From Alphaproteobacteria bacterium UBA2964 (GTDB lineage Bacteria; Pseudomonadota; Alphaproteobacteria; MPNO01; UBA2964): a stretch of 64,000 bases of DNA. The stretch is taken from positions 1-64,000 of the forward strand of contig CAJJCG010000034.1 of NCBI GenBank assembly GCA_905182615.1. Direction: 5' to 3'. The translations under genes were made by a program, and so were the position numbers. Shown piece after piece: positions 28,283-38,368 of this stretch (positions are counted from its first letter, which is position 1; each line of letters opens with the position of its first letter). The notes beneath the pieces were generated by a model. It worked only from the letters and a program-made list of their open reading frames with translations, was not told the origin of the DNA and ran no database searches.

Positions 28283-30357
28283 ATTTTAATTCCCACCCGA
28301 AAGAAGTAGGTTCTGCCAGGTAAGGTTTGTACGGAATAACGACCGGGGGTTGTATCACTTGCTGTACCAAATGTTTGATAGTCTTGATTGAGTAAATTAC
28401 TTATTGAGGCTGACCAGTTTAGATTCTTATATTCGCCGTTTAGCTTTATGTCCCAAAGGGTGAAGTCAGCAAGCCGTTTAAAATTACCAGCTTCGTCATT
28501 GGCCAAACGCCTTTGACCTTCGTAGGTTATGACGGAATCAAAATTTAACCAATCGTTTAGCTTCCATGTTAGGCCAGCACTGGCAACGATATTTGGAACT
28601 AATGGAACATCCTTGCCATCAAAAGGTCCGGCACCGAACTCTGCTTTCAGCAAGGTCAGATTGCCCCGCAATTTGAGGGCCTTTTTAAGTTTGATACTGC
28701 CGGTGCTTTCCAACCCGTAACGATATACTGGCTCGATGTTTTCATTCGCTCCAAAAGTAGTTGTACCATCAGGGTCAAAGCGAATCTCATCGCGCGTTTT
28801 AGAGTAAAATACTCGAGTGTCGGTAAGGATATTTCTGAATTTGAAACGAGCTCCGGTCTGAACTTCCCTTGACGACTGATTTTGTAATTCAAAGGTGTTG
28901 AGTGCGTAGGCCGTGCCCGAACGCTCGTCTAGTGTCGGAGTACGATAACTGCGACCTATATGGCCGTAAACGTTCAGATGCCTGTTGAGCCGATAGTCGA
29001 TGCCTAAATTTAGCGCATATTCGAGATCAGAATCGGACATGGTCGGACGGAAAGTGGTTTGTGGGTACCCAAAAGAACCGGGGTTATTGGGAAATGCGGT
29101 ATCGCCGATTTGGGTGGTAATCCGTTCAATCCGGGAACCAAAGCTCATTGACAATTTTTTAGTCAATTCAAGAGCTGACTGGGCATAAAGTGCGGCCGTG
29201 TATTGGTATGCTTTGACTCGAGTAAATGGGGCGTTATTTGGCGCACTTTTTCGGTCCGAGTTGTAATCAACATAATACAGATCAGTGCCAACCGTGCTGG
29301 TCAGGTTTTTGTTTGCAAGAATTGCGTTTACTAATAAACGCGGTGTGAATCCCCACGTGGTCAGGACCGTATCGCGAGATGATTGCTGATTGCGAAAATC
29401 ACTATCCTGATCTTTCCGCCGAACGCTGGCATCTAGTATTAATTCTGTATCATCATTAAGAAAAAATGATCCGCCCATATAGGCGGCCATACCATTTGAA
29501 AGTGCAAAATCATTGGGCGTCTGTGCACCCCTTGGGTTAACAAGGTCGTTTTGTCCAGTACTCGGGTCGACGATTCTGCCACCCGGCAAACCAAGGGTTT
29601 GATCGTCGAAATCGACGTGCAGGAAAACATCTCCTGACGTGAGTCTTTTGCTTAACTTAAAGGCCAGAGTGCTTTGCCTTAGACTACTATTTTCTCGATA
29701 ACCATCTCCAAGTACCTTGTTGCCATATGCACTTAGGAAATAGCCGTCAGTAGCTTGAGAGGCTGTAAAATTTATCTCACGCAAACGATCTGATCCATAG
29801 CCGCTCTTTATCTCGCCATGGATTCCATCCTTAAAATGCGATTTAGTAATGATATTGATCACGCCCCCCTGCGCCCCACCGCCATAAAGGACACCGCCGA
29901 GATTACCTCTTGTGATTTCTATCCGATTAATACTATCTCGTGGAATGGAAGAAAAATCGACTGCAGCTAGGTCGAGATCTGTCAGACGCCTACCGTTTAT
30001 CAGTATTAGCGTGTTAGCGGTTGCCGGTTCACCGAATCCGCGTATGTCAATCGTTTGGCCAGCGCCATTTGTGCTACCGTAAAGCTCTTGCAACTGTACT
30101 CCAGCTTCAAATGACAAAATCTCTGGTAAGGTTCTTCCTGGTGATTGATTAATTTGTTCGGAGGTTACAATCGTCGTGGACGTTCCGGATGCCGCTCCCG
30201 TTAGCCCGCTGTCGAGGCGTGAAGCAGTGACTAAGATAGGTGGCGCCGTTATTCTGTTCTGAGCGCTAACGTCTTGGGTGACTAATAAAACAGCACTGAT
30301 AGTCAGGAGGGCGTTGGTAATTCGTTTAGTGATTCCAGGGGCGGGTATTTTGTTCAT
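28279..30357 (-). CDS. btuB: TonB-dependent outer-membrane receptor, cobalamin (BtuB-like) by riboswitch context
   Basis: 692 aa with a signal peptide, TonB-box-like PILVTASR, plug motifs (IDIRGFG, TLILINGRR) and a beta-barrel body. It lies directly downstream of a cobalamin riboswitch. Confidence 0.88.
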   Translation of the reverse strand: MNKIPAPGITKRITNALLTISAVLLVTQDVSAQNRITAPPILVTASRLDSGLTGAASGTSTTIVTSEQINQSPGRTLPEILSFEAGVQLQELYGSTNGAGQTIDIRGFGEPATANTLILINGRRLTDLDLAAVDFSSIPRDSINRIEITRGNLGGVLYGGGAQGGVINIITKSHFKDGIHGEIKSGYGSDRLREINFTASQATDGYFLSAYGNKVLGDGYRENSSLRQSTLAFKLSKRLTSGDVFLHVDFDDQTLGLPGGRIVDPSTGQNDLVNPRGAQTPNDFALSNGMAAYMGGSFFLNDDTELILDASVRRKDQDSDFRNQQSSRDTVLTTWGFTPRLLVNAILANKNLTSTVGTDLYYVDYNSDRKSAPNNAPFTRVKAYQYTAALYAQSALELTKKLSMSFGSRIERITTQIGDTAFPNNPGSFGYPQTTFRPTMSDSDLEYALNLGIDYRLNRHLNVYGHIGRSYRTPTLDERSGTAYALNTFELQNQSSREVQTGARFKFRNILTDTRVFYSKTRDEIRFDPDGTTTFGANENIEPVYRYGLESTGSIKLKKALKLRGNLTLLKAEFGAGPFDGKDVPLVPNIVASAGLTWKLNDWLNFDSVITYEGQRRLANDEAGNFKRLADFTLWDIKLNGEYKNLNWSASISNLLNQDYQTFGTASDTTPGRYSVQTLPGRTYFFRVGIKM

Positions 30358-30544
30358 TGTGCACTCTGTCTTTAAAAATATGTGAAGACAGGCACGTGCG
30401 GCCGCACCAAGAGGCGTAAATCCATCCCCTAGGCTGAAAAGCTGTATTACCTTTATCTATAAGGATGTTTTCCTTTTCCATCCGAGCTCTCCATTGCATG
30501 GCAAACGCCTGCGCCACCACAAACAGAGAAATCTGTTCCGCCAG

Positions 30545-30770
30545 TCGCCTCGCCCGCCGGATGGGTGACAATATTGACGGCAGGTCTCCTGGCTCGTGGA
30601 TCTTCACCGACATTTGCCTTCCCAGTTTCCCAGTGGCATATCTTAAATGTCAGCTCATCACTTACAGTTGCGAGGGCAGCCATGGCTTTAGATATTGTTA
30701 ACCTTAGACTTGGCTAAAATCCTTACCATGTTCCCTTTTCATCCCGACATGGGAACCGTCAGTAGCCGAT
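30545..30770 (-). promoter_or_regulatory. Cobalamin (B12) riboswitch in the btuB-like leader
   Basis: The minus strand reads ...GGTTCCCATGTCGGGATGAAAAGGGAACATGGTAAGG...CCCTCGCAACTGTAAG...GCCACTGGGAAACTGGGAAGGC...GGTGAAGATCCACGAGCCAGGAGACCTGCCGTC. The B12 box AGCCAGGAGACCTGCC corresponds to plus 30579-30594, and GCCACTG to plus 30631-30637. Confidence 0.85.
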
Positions 30771-30912
30771 ATACTCGCGTCAAGAAGCACTCGCAAGAAC
30801 TTTTGAAATAAACCCAGAGTTTTGGTTTGGAGCACCTTTTTTGTCCTGAGAATTTTGAGCAATAATTAGGCGCCACCCGTGAATTAACGCTCTATAATCA
30901 TAGTATGAAACC

Positions 30913-31539
30913 TCAAGGCGATGATACATTGTCTACGGTTATGTTAACATTTTCGATGCGCCACCAGACATCTGCACCGCGTTCAATAGCATTAATTCGT
31001 GTGAGGGAGAGCGGAGCAATATAAAATGATAATCCAGCTCGTGGCTCGGTTTGAGTTGCCATTGAGATCGCGGCGCGGATTGATCCGGCATGCGCAATGA
31101 TAATAATATCGCTACCGCGATGAGTTTTAATTAATTTATTAACAGTTCTTGCAATACGGCGGGCAACATCTGAAAAGCTCTCCCCGTTTGGCGGGTGATT
31201 ATTGACGGCATCGCTCCAGTAAGGTGTCTGTTCTTCCTGTGGAATTGTGTCCCAGCTCCGACCTTCCCAATCACCAAAAAATTGTTCGCGGAGGGTGTCG
31301 TGGTGTTTTATTTCAATTTCTGTGGATTTTTGCCGCGCAATTTTCTCGGCGGTCTGCCGCGCCCGTGCGAGAGTGGTTGTCACCCAGACTGCGTCGTCGG
31401 GCAGTTTGCCAGCGATAGCTATGAAGGCACCATCGTCTGATAAATCCGCTGCAATATCGCTTTGCCCATAAAGAATGTGGTCGGGGTTAATCACCGGGGC
31501 ATGTCGAATCCACCAAAAGCGTGTTGTAACAGCGGTCAT
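30913..31539 (-). CDS. Histidine phosphatase family protein (alpha-ribazole phosphatase CobC-like by context)
   Basis: RHG-type motif WWIRHAPV and distal IIAHAGSIRAAI. It is divergent from cobT. The start is set at MTAVTTRFWWIRHAPV (31539). Confidence 0.78.
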   Translation of the reverse strand: MTAVTTRFWWIRHAPVINPDHILYGQSDIAADLSDDGAFIAIAGKLPDDAVWVTTTLARARQTAEKIARQKSTEIEIKHHDTLREQFFGDWEGRSWDTIPQEEQTPYWSDAVNNHPPNGESFSDVARRIARTVNKLIKTHRGSDIIIIAHAGSIRAAISMATQTEPRAGLSFYIAPLSLTRINAIERGADVWWRIENVNITVDNVSSP

Positions 31540-31870
31540 ACCACACTGACCCCAACGGCAATGATCAGAGACATGTCTTTTAGAGTTAGCAAGGCAAGGA
31601 AGGTTACACATACCGCTGAAGTCTCTGGCGCACTCATAACCCCGAGGTAATCGGCTCTTGCCGGCCGTAAACTTACGTCGGGAGGTTCCAGCAGGGTTAT
31701 GGGTGGTTTGTTGCGGTCAAAGGGGATCTTAAGGCGCATCCGGAACTCGAGACAAAGTTTGATTATAGACGCTATTGCCATGCGGTAGGTATACCCTATT
31801 TATCGTCGTTACTAATCAGCCACTTGCTCTGAAACCGACTTGGGATTACTGGTGCATAAACTGACCTTAA

Positions 31871-32908
31871 ATGGCAATAAATTCAATGGACCCGATTAAA
31901 TCACTCGACCAAATTCGTGACCTCTTGCGTGATCTGCCCGCAGCAAATGAAGGCGCTATGACTGCTGCAAAATTACGAGAGGTGACCCTTGTCAAACCGT
32001 CTGGTGCCTTGGGACGCCTCGAAGAATTATCTGAATGGCTGAGCGGCTGGCAGGGCCATCACCCTCCAAAGGCTGAAAAATGCCAGGTCGCCGTCTTTGC
32101 CGGTAGCCACGGCGTTACAGCGGAAGGCGTTTCTGCTTTTCCAGCAGAAGTCACCGAACAGATGGTGGAAGGCTTTAAAAAAGGGGCCGCGGCGATTAAT
32201 CAGCTGTGCCAAATCCAGGGCTGTGAGCTCAAAATTTATGAAGTTGCGATCGAAATTCCGACACGCAATTTTATGGATAAACCGGCCATGGAAGACGATG
32301 AATGTGCCGAAGCGATGGCCTTTGGCATGTCCGCTGTCGAGGAAGGACTTGATGTCTTATGCCTTGGAGAGATGGGTATCGGTAACACCACGGCAGCAGC
32401 AGCGATTTGTCATGCTCTTTATGGTCAGGATGCAGAGTTCTGGGTTGGACCGGGTACGGGCGTTGTCGGGGATGCGTTGACGAATAAAATTCGCGTTGTG
32501 AATGAAGGTGTCGCTAAGCACAAAGACGCAATGACGGATGGGTTGGAAGTACTGCGCCATGTTGGTGGGCGTGAGTTGGCGGCGATTGCGGGCGCGATCA
32601 TTGCTGCAAGATTGCAGCGGATTCCGATTGTACTTGATGGTTATGTCTGCACTGCTGCTGCTGCGGTTTTACAGGCGGTTAATCCGTCGGCACTGGATCA
32701 CTGTGTCGTAGGGCACGTCTCTGCCGAACCTGGTCATATCAAACTTCTGGCGGAGATCGATAAAGAGGCTTTGCTTAATCTCGGCATGCGGCTTGGTGAA
32801 GGTTCGGGTGCCGCACTAGCAGTTTCAATCCTTCATGCAGCAGTGACCTGTCACACCGGTATGGGATCTTTTGATCAGGCTGGAGTGGCTGAGAAGCTCT
32901 CCGATTAG
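31871..32908 (+). CDS. cobT: Nicotinate-nucleotide--dimethylbenzimidazole phosphoribosyltransferase
   Basis: 345 aa with CobT signatures KPSGALGRLEEL, LGEMGIGNTTAAAA and LRLGEGSGAALA. Confidence 0.95.
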   Translation: MAINSMDPIKSLDQIRDLLRDLPAANEGAMTAAKLREVTLVKPSGALGRLEELSEWLSGWQGHHPPKAEKCQVAVFAGSHGVTAEGVSAFPAEVTEQMVEGFKKGAAAINQLCQIQGCELKIYEVAIEIPTRNFMDKPAMEDDECAEAMAFGMSAVEEGLDVLCLGEMGIGNTTAAAAICHALYGQDAEFWVGPGTGVVGDALTNKIRVVNEGVAKHKDAMTDGLEVLRHVGGRELAAIAGAIIAARLQRIPIVLDGYVCTAAAAVLQAVNPSALDHCVVGHVSAEPGHIKLLAEIDKEALLNLGMRLGEGSGAALAVSILHAAVTCHTGMGSFDQAGVAEKLSD

Positions 32909-33678
32909 CTCTTCCGCCATTGAGGTGGCACTCCTGGGGGCAGTTCCTCTAAATCTTTCAGATGCTCATGCCGGTAAGTTTCCGAAGTGCAGCCCCAGCG
33001 TAGACGGCACATTTCTTCGGCAACTTCTTCAGCACGTTGTTCAAGCTCTGCATAATTTAAATATTTTGCCGCAAGGTCGAGCTGCCGCCGTGAATGGTCT
33101 TCATCTGCAAGTTCGTGTTCAGCAAAGAAGATTGCGGCTCGGTCTGTTCTCCTAATCCCGTAATGTTTCTCGAAGGCTGGGAGCACAATTTCGCTGTTGA
33201 GGGCAGGCATCTGTCCTTCCTGGGTAAACATCATGGCGAGCACGACGCCGACAGGTTCTTCGCGGGCGCTGTGCAGGTAATAAAGGGCGCGGCCATACCA
33301 GGCCGGTGTCATATCGACATTAAGGACTTCATCTTTGCTCATGCCGGCCTTGTCGCAGAAATCGTAAATCATATCCATGTGATCATGGGCGCCGTGATCG
33401 GTATTGCCGCCAATCAGACCCTCTTCCTCGGCGATGTTTTCAACCAACATCTTGCGGACATCTGCAGGGCCACGGGCATATAGGTGACCGAACGCCTGCA
33501 GCCCATAGCGCACATATTTGGCATGCTGCGCCATATAGACGGCCAAAACACGTAGATCGAGTTCGCCCGCCGCCAGTAGCTTCATCATTGGGTGGCGTTT
33601 GAAATGCCACTTGTCCCGGATCGCAACGATGCGATCAATAATGCCATCGGTGGAATCGGTTTTCATCTGTGTGGCCAT
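32905..33678 (-). CDS. Heme-oxygenase-like fold, iron-containing redox enzyme family protein (PqqC/TenA-like)
   Basis: 257 aa, all-helical, with clustered Glu/His candidate metal ligands (ENIAEEEG, HGAHDHMDM, FTQEGQ, FFAEHELADEDH). The family call comes from my own pattern recognition only. Confidence 0.65.
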   Translation of the reverse strand: MATQMKTDSTDGIIDRIVAIRDKWHFKRHPMMKLLAAGELDLRVLAVYMAQHAKYVRYGLQAFGHLYARGPADVRKMLVENIAEEEGLIGGNTDHGAHDHMDMIYDFCDKAGMSKDEVLNVDMTPAWYGRALYYLHSAREEPVGVVLAMMFTQEGQMPALNSEIVLPAFEKHYGIRRTDRAAIFFAEHELADEDHSRRQLDLAAKYLNYAELEQRAEEVAEEMCRLRWGCTSETYRHEHLKDLEELPPGVPPQWRKS

Positions 33679-33692
33679 GATAATTCTCTCTG

Positions 33693-35339
33693 TCAGTCTT
33701 TCTTTACCGGCGGGCCGCCGAAGGGCCGAGCGTATGCGCCAATTGTTGCCATATCAACTTCGATCATCGTCGACCCGTTGGATTTCAGGGCGTTGCCGAT
33801 GGCGGTATTGGCATTGGTGAGATCGGATAGTTTTTCGTATTGCCAGCCATTGCTGTCGGCGACGGCAGAAAAATCCGGGGTGAAGATATCCGAAAAATAT
33901 CGACGGCCACCATATTGAGCGTCCTGGATATTCTTGATGACTTCATAATCCTGGCTGTTCATCAGGATCAACGTGATCCGGACACCTTCCTGGGTGGCGG
34001 TTGCTAGTTCACCGATATTGACTTGCAACCCACCATCGCCCGCGAGACAGATAACGTGTTTGTCAGGTTCTGCGATGGCGGCACCGATGGCCATTTGGAT
34101 GCTTTGCCCAATGCCGCCGCCTGCGGCATGTACGCCGTCACGCGGACCGTTGATGAGAATGGCGCGGTTACCCCAAGTGCTGTTAGAAATCGTGACATCG
34201 CGCACCCACAGGAAATCATCTCCGCCGTTGGATTGAATGGCGGTCAACAATTCACCATAGGGCGCTAACCCTTCCTGCAAGAATATTTCTGCTTTGGCCC
34301 GGGCGGCTTTAAGGTCGCCGATGAATGCAGGGTCAATATCTATTTTGCCGCTGAGCCGGTCGGCCAGTGCATTGAGTGTTTGAGCACTGTCGCCGAGCGC
34401 AAATTGATCTGGAATATAGGGCCGATTCCTTGCAGCGCGGCCATCGACATCGATTTGGTAGAACGGTCGCGGCAGACGGAGTTGATATTTTAGCGTCTCG
34501 TTGCCACGTAGTCGCGAACCAGCAACCAGTATTGCATCGCAACTGTCATAGAAGGCTTCGACAGCGCCATAAATATTATAGGCACCCAGCGTTGCCGGGT
34601 GATCTTCCGCCACGACACCGCGACCCTGTGTACTGGTGACGATTCCGAAGCCCATTTCAATAAATCTGTTTACGGCATCGCCGGCATGCCGAGCACCGCC
34701 ACCGAGCCATAACATAGGCCTTTTTGCTTTGACGAGCTGATCTGCCATGGCATCGAGAGCTGCTGGGTCGTGTTCAATGACTTTGAGGAGGAGGGGAGAC
34801 AGGTCTGATGGCCAATCGATTTCGGTTTGCTGGATATCGATTGGCACCTCGACACTAACCGGGCCGGTTGGTGCGGTCATCGCATCCCGAACAGCCAGCT
34901 TAAAAACATCCAGGGCCGTATTGGCATCTATCACTCGCCAAGCGCTTTTGGAAACCGCCTTGAGCATTGTGAGTTGGTCGCGTGCTTCATGGATAAAGCC
35001 ATGCTCTTTATCGACATGTTCGAGATCTATCTGACCAGTGATATGGAGCAGAGAAGTTCCCGCGGTCTGGGCCTCAACCATTGCGCCAGACGCGTTCCCC
35101 GCCGCTGTCCCGGTGCTGGTAAAGGCAACGCCCAGACGCGCGCCGACACGGGCATAGGCATCCGCCATGTTTATCGCGCCGGGTTCGCTGCGGGCGCTTA
35201 TATAACGCATTTTACCGCGTCGCCCGAGCGCATCGAGAAACGGCATATTGTGGATCGAAATTACGCCAAAGGCAGCGCCAACCCCGCATTCCTCAAGAAA
35301 GGCCATTATGACCTCACCAACAGTCGCTTTATCCGACAT
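33693..35339 (-). CDS. Thiamine-diphosphate-dependent enzyme (acetolactate synthase / benzoylformate decarboxylase superfamily)
   Basis: N-terminal PYR domain with the catalytic Glu context (ARSEPGAINMADAYAR) and the ThDP-binding motif GDGGLQVNIGELATA...N. The start is set at ATG 35339 (MSDKATVGEV); the track start at 35564 overlaps the SDR gene. Confidence 0.88.
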   Translation of the reverse strand: MSDKATVGEVIMAFLEECGVGAAFGVISIHNMPFLDALGRRGKMRYISARSEPGAINMADAYARVGARLGVAFTSTGTAAGNASGAMVEAQTAGTSLLHITGQIDLEHVDKEHGFIHEARDQLTMLKAVSKSAWRVIDANTALDVFKLAVRDAMTAPTGPVSVEVPIDIQQTEIDWPSDLSPLLLKVIEHDPAALDAMADQLVKAKRPMLWLGGGARHAGDAVNRFIEMGFGIVTSTQGRGVVAEDHPATLGAYNIYGAVEAFYDSCDAILVAGSRLRGNETLKYQLRLPRPFYQIDVDGRAARNRPYIPDQFALGDSAQTLNALADRLSGKIDIDPAFIGDLKAARAKAEIFLQEGLAPYGELLTAIQSNGGDDFLWVRDVTISNSTWGNRAILINGPRDGVHAAGGGIGQSIQMAIGAAIAEPDKHVICLAGDGGLQVNIGELATATQEGVRITLILMNSQDYEVIKNIQDAQYGGRRYFSDIFTPDFSAVADSNGWQYEKLSDLTNANTAIGNALKSNGSTMIEVDMATIGAYARPFGGPPVKKD

Positions 35340-36126
35340 GGCGTGACAGCCCTCCTGAAAGATCAATGGTTGAACCGGTGGTGTAGGACGATAGTGGCGT
35401 GCCCAAGAAGAACAGGGCACGGGCCGCTTCCTCGGGTTTGCCAAACCGCTCAAGTGGGATGCCTTTGGCGACAGCCTGTTCTTTGAGCCAGTCGTCATAG
35501 GCAGGTCTGTTGTCCGGCAAGGCGTCGTAGCGCCGTTGCCACTGTGCTGATTCAACAACACCAATAAGGATAGAATTGACCCGGATATCTTTTGGTGCCA
35601 GCTCTCTCGCCATCGAATGGATAAGGCTCAGCTGTCCGGCGCGAGCAGCGGAGGTGGCGACAACATGCGGTTCTGGCTGGCGGGCGATCAGCGAGCTGGT
35701 ACAGACGATTGCGGCGTTGTCGGATTTCTCCAAATATGGCTGAAAGGCTTTGGAGGGGCGAAGCACGCTAAAGAACTTGAGGTCCAGCTCTTCACGCCAG
35801 GCTTCGTCGCTGGTGTCTTCGTATTTAGAAACGCGTGCTTGTCCAGCGTTGTTGATCAACGTGTCGACACTGCCGAAATGATCAATTGTCTTCTCAGCAA
35901 AATTTGCGACGCTGTTTTTGTCCAAAACATCGCATGGGGCCGCGAAGAGCTGATCGTCGGATTGGTTTGCTGTCAGTGTGGCCGTCGCGTTATCTAGCCG
36001 ATCTTGATCACGGCCGCATATTGCAACGTTGGCACCGGCCTCAAGAAACAGTTTGGCTGTCGCCAGTCCTATCCCTGATGTGCCCCCGGTGATGACGGCG
36101 GTATGGCCTGATAAATCAACATTCAT
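35329..36126 (-). CDS. SDR-family oxidoreductase
   Basis: TGGTSGIGLA cofactor motif, NNAG, and a catalytic S...Y/K region. 265 aa. Confidence 0.92.
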   Translation of the reverse strand: MNVDLSGHTAVITGGTSGIGLATAKLFLEAGANVAICGRDQDRLDNATATLTANQSDDQLFAAPCDVLDKNSVANFAEKTIDHFGSVDTLINNAGQARVSKYEDTSDEAWREELDLKFFSVLRPSKAFQPYLEKSDNAAIVCTSSLIARQPEPHVVATSAARAGQLSLIHSMARELAPKDIRVNSILIGVVESAQWQRRYDALPDNRPAYDDWLKEQAVAKGIPLERFGKPEEAARALFFLGTPLSSYTTGSTIDLSGGLSRHVG

Positions 36127-36944
36127 CCTGTTAGTCTTTCCTGCTTATTGACCGCCGGGTGGTAGTTGAGTTGGCGGGACAGATCACTTGTCGCCTGCAA
36201 TACCCGGTCGATATATTGATCTTTCTCAACCTTGCCATCCTGAAAAATAACATTGATGGCAGCAATCACGCGTCCGCTGCTATCCCTTACCGGGGCGGCG
36301 ATGGAGCCGATGCCGTGTTCAAAATAAGCCGCGCTGAAGGCATAGCCGCGAGTGGCGTCACCTTTGAGAACTTTCTTCAATGCTGGGAGCGTTTCCGGGG
36401 TCTGATCGGAATAGCGCGGCAGTTTGTCGATTGGGTAAACACCCTGCAGTTCTGTATCGGTGAGGTCGGCAAGCATGACGCGTCCAAGGATAGTCGCGTG
36501 CGCTGGAAACCGTGTGCCAATGGTGACCGAGCTGGCAAAGGTCGCCTTGGCGGCAGATTTGACGACAAACACCATGTCTGTGCCATCGCGGATGGCGAGA
36601 TGTGATGAAAACCCTGTCTCGTCGCGTAGTCGGTCGAGGATTGGCCGGGCAAGTTCTGTTACCTCCATCGAGGCGAGGTATTCAAAGCCAAGCGACAACA
36701 CACCGATTCCTAGCCGGTACTCGCTTGAGTGATCAACTTTTTCCAATAACCCCGAATATTCTAGTGTTTGCATGAGGCGAAAGACAGTGGATCGCGGAAT
36801 GCCAAGCTCGCGCGCGATCTCCGGGGCGCCAAGCTGGGTTCGTTGCCGGTCGAAGGCGCGCAGTATTTGCAGTCCGCGCTGTAGGCCGGGAACGATATAG
36901 CGCTCCGCATCCTGTGATGGCTCGACGGGTGTCGTCTTAGCCAT
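36123..36944 (-). CDS. IclR-family transcriptional regulator
   Basis: N-terminal wHTH (LQRGLQILRAF....LGAPEIARELGIPRSTVFRLMQTLE) and a C-terminal IclR effector domain. The start is set at MAKTTPVE (36944). Confidence 0.9.
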   Translation of the reverse strand: MAKTTPVEPSQDAERYIVPGLQRGLQILRAFDRQRTQLGAPEIARELGIPRSTVFRLMQTLEYSGLLEKVDHSSEYRLGIGVLSLGFEYLASMEVTELARPILDRLRDETGFSSHLAIRDGTDMVFVVKSAAKATFASSVTIGTRFPAHATILGRVMLADLTDTELQGVYPIDKLPRYSDQTPETLPALKKVLKGDATRGYAFSAAYFEHGIGSIAAPVRDSSGRVIAAINVIFQDGKVEKDQYIDRVLQATSDLSRQLNYHPAVNKQERLTG

Positions 36945-37776
36945 GTTGCCCCGTGATAAACTCGAGCACAGCCGCGTTAAACTGCGGTCCGTTCTCGACA
37001 TAGGAGGCATGCCCGACCCCTGGTAGTGTTTGGTATTTTGCGTTTGGATAGGCATCGGCAACTGGTCGGCACACGGCTTCTGGTGTCACGGTATCTTCGC
37101 TGCCGCACATGACCAATACTGGACCGTGATAGGCCGGGGCGTCGCCGGTGAGGTGGCTATTGGCCAGCAATTGTGCGGCCTGTTCATAGCCGTCGGGGTT
37201 AAGCTGGCTCATATTCCAGCGCACTAAATTCCAGGCTTCATCTGAGGCGTTTGACGAGAGCAGTGCTGAAGACCGTTTCTCGGCAAGACCTCTCGGTCCT
37301 AGCTCGCGTATCGCTTTGAGCCGGGGGTTGAGTTTTTGGGCGCGAGTTTCAGGACCAGCTTTGCCATAGCCGTTGGCGGGGTCGGCGACGATCAACGTTG
37401 GTAATTCACTATGGGTGCTGGCGTAGCTTCCGGCGGTGAGGGCGCCAAACGAATGGCCAATGAGCACCGCTGGTTCGATTTTGAGCGCTGCTAACAGAAA
37501 CTCCAGAACGGCTGCATATTCTGCGGCGACGGGCGAAGGATTGTCGACTGGTGTCGTCGCACCATAGCCCGGCGCGTCCCAGGCGATGACGCGGTAGGTG
37601 CTGGATAATTCATCGAGTTGACTAAGCCATGAGCCTGAACCTGATCCGATGCCATGCAGCAAGACCATCGCCGGACCGCTGCCGCTCTCCCGGAAAGAGA
37701 AATGACGGCCATCGGCCTCTACAGTTCGCAGAGGGAAGCGGCTATCAACCGTATGTTCTGTCGGGACGGAATCCAT
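36937..37776 (-). CDS. Alpha/beta hydrolase (meta-cleavage-product/C-C hydrolase-like)
   Basis: HGIGSGSG oxyanion region and nucleophile elbow GHSFGA, with a distal GHASYVE His. 279 aa. Confidence 0.87.
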   Translation of the reverse strand: MDSVPTEHTVDSRFPLRTVEADGRHFSFRESGSGPAMVLLHGIGSGSGSWLSQLDELSSTYRVIAWDAPGYGATTPVDNPSPVAAEYAAVLEFLLAALKIEPAVLIGHSFGALTAGSYASTHSELPTLIVADPANGYGKAGPETRAQKLNPRLKAIRELGPRGLAEKRSSALLSSNASDEAWNLVRWNMSQLNPDGYEQAAQLLANSHLTGDAPAYHGPVLVMCGSEDTVTPEAVCRPVADAYPNAKYQTLPGVGHASYVENGPQFNAAVLEFITGQHG

Positions 37777-37792
37777 ACGTCGCGCGGGTCCT

Positions 37793-38344
37793 TTATTTTC
37801 GCTTCAGCTGGGCAAGAGGATGATCCGACGGATAGGTTGGGATCACTGGCTTTTTGCTGCCGAGCATGACCAGCATCAGTGCCTCTTCCTTACCTATATT
37901 GACCAGCTCTCGATAGACGCCGGGCGGAACAGACATCAGGTCACGTTCTTTGAGGATGGTTTCGTAGCGATTGTCGTTATCCCCATCGACGATCAAACGA
38001 ATGCTGCCGCGCAGCATGAAAAAAACTTCCTCGACGTCAATATGGATATGCGGTGGTCCTTCACCGCCGGCGGGCAGGATCATGGTCGAAAACGTGAAAT
38101 GTTCTGACGGGATAACGTTTTCATCATTTTCTACCCCAGCGGCGCCGGTCCCCATATAGCGGCACTGTGCGCGGGCATATTTGGGGTCGTAATCCGCCTG
38201 GAATTTTAGGGCGTCCCAGTCATAGGTGCGGGTTTCGAACCGCGCTACCCGAGATTCCATCCATTCATCAAACGATTTGTTTTCTGGTTGAGTCCAGGTT
38301 TCGATTTCTTCTCTTTGAAATTCTGCTGAATCAGGCATGATCAT
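37793..38344 (-). CDS. Cupin-domain protein
   Basis: 183 aa with the cupin metal motif context GGEGPPHIHIDVEEVFFML..G. Confidence 0.72.
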   Translation of the reverse strand: MIMPDSAEFQREEIETWTQPENKSFDEWMESRVARFETRTYDWDALKFQADYDPKYARAQCRYMGTGAAGVENDENVIPSEHFTFSTMILPAGGEGPPHIHIDVEEVFFMLRGSIRLIVDGDNDNRYETILKERDLMSVPPGVYRELVNIGKEEALMLVMLGSKKPVIPTYPSDHPLAQLKRK

Positions 38345-38368
38345 TCCTTTCAGTGCGTGGTATCTTTG

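Noticed and set aside
31540-31870. Second cobalamin riboswitch in the cobC-like / cobT divergent region.
   Set aside because: I found no B12 box (AGYCMGGAGACCKGCC), no GCCACTG element and no GGGAA...GGTGAAAATCC core on either strand.
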